Assembly (NCBI RefSeq): GCF_009914755.1
Contig: NC_060944.1
DNA: 64,000 nucleotides
Reading direction: 5' to 3' (one strand)
Origin: the human T2T-CHM13v2.0 reference genome, Homo sapiens
Shown: positions 61,801-64,000 of the stretch, one piece after another
Layout: each line of letters begins with the position of its first letter
Numbering within the stretch: position 1 is the stretch's first letter
The notes under the pieces: model-generated
The model's input: the letters and a program-made list of their open reading frames with translations, nothing else
Told to the model about the DNA's origin: nothing
Databases searched by the model: none
Program-made: the position numbers and the translations under genes

Positions 61801-64000
61801 GAACATTCCTTTTCATAGAGCAGTTTTGAAACACTCTTTTTCTAGTATGTGCCAGTGGACATTTGGAGCGCTTTGAGGCCTATGTTGAAAAAGGAAATAT
61901 CTTCACATAAAAACTAGACAGAAGCATTCTCAGAAACTACCTTGTGATGTGTGTACTCATCTCACAGAGCTGAACATTTCTTTTGATAGAGCAATTTTGA
62001 AACACTCTTTTTGTAGAATCTACAACTGGACATTTGGAGCGCTTTGAGGCCTATGGTGAAAAAGGAAATATCTTCACATAAAAACTACACAGAAGCATTC
62101 TCAGAAACTTCTTTGTGTTGTTTGCTTTCAACTCACAGAGTTGAACATTCGTTTTCATAGAGCAGTTTTGAAACACTCTTTTTGTAGTATTTGCAAGAGG
62201 ATATTTGGACCGCTTTTGGGCCTTCGTTGGAAATGGGATATCTTCACAAAAACTAGACAGAAGCATTCTCAGAAACTTCTTTGTGATGTGTGCATCCAAC
62301 TTTTTCTTTTGATAGAGCACTTTTGAAACTCTCTTTTTGTAGAATCTGCAAGTGGACATTTGGAGCTCTATGAGGTCTACAGTGAAAAGGAAATATCTTC
62401 ACATAAAAACTTCACAGAAGCATTTTCAGAAACTTCTTTGTGTTGTGTGCACTCAACTCACAGAATTGAACCTTTCTTTTGTTAGAGCAGTTTTGAAACA
62501 CTCTTTTTGGAGAATCTGCAAGTGGACATTTGGAGCGCTTTGAGGTCTGTGGTGAAAAAGGAAATATCTTCACATAAAACTAGACAGAAGCATGCTCACA
62601 AACTTCTTTGTGATGTGTGCATTCCACTCACAGAGTTGAACCTTTCTTTTGATAGAGCAGTTTTGAAACACTCTTTTTGTAGCATCTGCAAGTGTTCATT
62701 TGGAGCGCTTTGAGACCTAGTGTGGAAAAAGAAATATCTTCACATAAAAACTTGACAGAAGTATTCTCAGGAACTTCTTTGTGACGTGTGCATTCAACTA
62801 ACAGAGTTGAACCTTTCTTTTGATAGAGCAGTTTTGAAGCACTCCTTTTGCAGGGTCTGCTAGTGGATATTTGGAGATTTTTCAGGCCTTTGTTGGAAAC
62901 AGGAATATCTTCACATAAAAACTAGACAGAAGCATTCTCTGAAAGTACTTTGTGATGTATGCATTCAACTCACAGTATCGAACCTTTCTTTTTATAGAGC
63001 AGTTTTGAAACACTCCTTTTGTAGGATCTGCTAGTGTATATTTGGATCCCTTTTAGGCCTTTGTTGGAAACGGGAATTTCTTCACATAAAAACTAGACAC
63101 AAGCATTCTCAGCAACTGCTTTGTGATGTGTGCATTCAACTCACATAGTTGTAACTTTCTTTGGATAGAGCAGTTTTGAAAGACTCTTTTTGTAGGATCT
63201 GCAAGAGGACATTTGAATCTCTTTGAGGCCTATGGTGAAAAAGGAAATGTCTTCACAGGAAAACTTCACAGAAGCATTCTCAGAAACATCTTTGTGATGT
63301 GTGCATTCAACTCACAGAGTTGAACTTTTCTTTTAATAGAGCAGTTTTGGAAAACACTTTTTGTAGAAACTGCATGTGGACATTTGTAGCGCTTTGAGGC
63401 CTATGATGAAAAAGGAAATATCTTCACATATAAACGAGAGAGAAGCATTCTCAGAAACGTCTTTATGATGTCTGTGTTCAACTCACAGAGTTAAACCTTT
63501 GTGGTCATAGAGGAGCTTTGAAACACTCTTTTTGTAGAATCTTCAAGTGGACATTTGGAGCGCTTCGAGCCTGTGGTGAAAAAGGAAATATCTTCACATA
63601 AACACTACACAGAAGCATTTTCAGAAACTTCTTTGTGAAGTTTGCTTTCACCTCACAGAGTTGAACATTCCTTTTCATGGCGCAGGTTTGAAACACTCTT
63701 TTTGTAGAATTTGCAAGTGGATATTTGGATGGCTCTGAGGCCATTGTTGGGAAAAGAAATATCTTCAAATAAAAACTAGACAGAAGCATTCTCAGAAACT
63801 TCTTTGTGATGTGTGCATTCAACTCACAGAGTTGAACGGTTCTTTTGATGGAGCAGTTTTGAAACATTCTATTTGCAGAATCTGCAAGTGGACATTTAGA
63901 GTGCTTTGAGGCCTATGGTGAAAAAGGAAGTATCTTAACATAGAAACTACACGGAAGCATTCTGAGAATCTTTTTTGTGATGTGTGCATTCAATTCACAG

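Larger units (their letters stand above)
55879..64000 (+). repeat. Alpha satellite, ~48 divergent 171-bp monomers with irregular A/B order (SF5/R1R2-like)
   Basis: cattctcagaaactt motif every ~170 bp; A-type (ctatggtg[g/a]aaaagg) and B-type (cttcgttggaaacggga-like) monomers mixed. Confidence 0.97.

Noticed and set aside
56108-63867. Many 60-190 aa ORFs with repeated motifs (…FQNCSIKRKVQLCELNAHITKKFLRMLLSS…)
   Set aside because: Translations of alpha satellite; 171 bp is a multiple of 3, so spurious repeat peptides arise. Not genes, and not a CRISPR array.

Overview
Great-ape (human/chimpanzee/gorilla-type) pericentromeric DNA running from a segmental-duplication mosaic into alpha satellite. 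There is no intact protein-coding gene; nearly all ORFs in the track come from repeats. Left to right: (1) an AT-rich block (1-28.2 kb) carrying an orphan minus-strand copy of the first coding exon of ROBO2 isoform a (8296-8417; acceptor intact, donor dead), which the ORF track misses. A full-length L1PA2/late-L1PA3 sits 3 kb upstream, oriented so its antisense promoter, ORF0 and splice donors face that exon, and a 5'-inverted L1 follows. (2) A ~6.9 kb module: short-form SST1/NBL2, AluJ, MLT1, old L1M, complete THE1, Alu (28.2-35.1 kb). (3) L1/LTR/Tigger-rich, then Alu-dense sequence. (4) An inverted ~1.2 kb paralogue of part of module 2, joined to a long-form SST1 (53.0-55.9 kb). (5) About 48 alpha-satellite monomers with irregular A/B order (SF5-like), three intact CENP-B boxes and a decayed AAB trimer tract (55.9-64 kb). 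The best novel candidate is L1 antisense-promoter capture of the orphan ROBO2a signal-peptide exon; this is inferred from architecture only, with no expression evidence. Repeat subfamily calls and reference comparisons come from recalled consensus sequences. Old-repeat boundaries and identity values are by-eye estimates.
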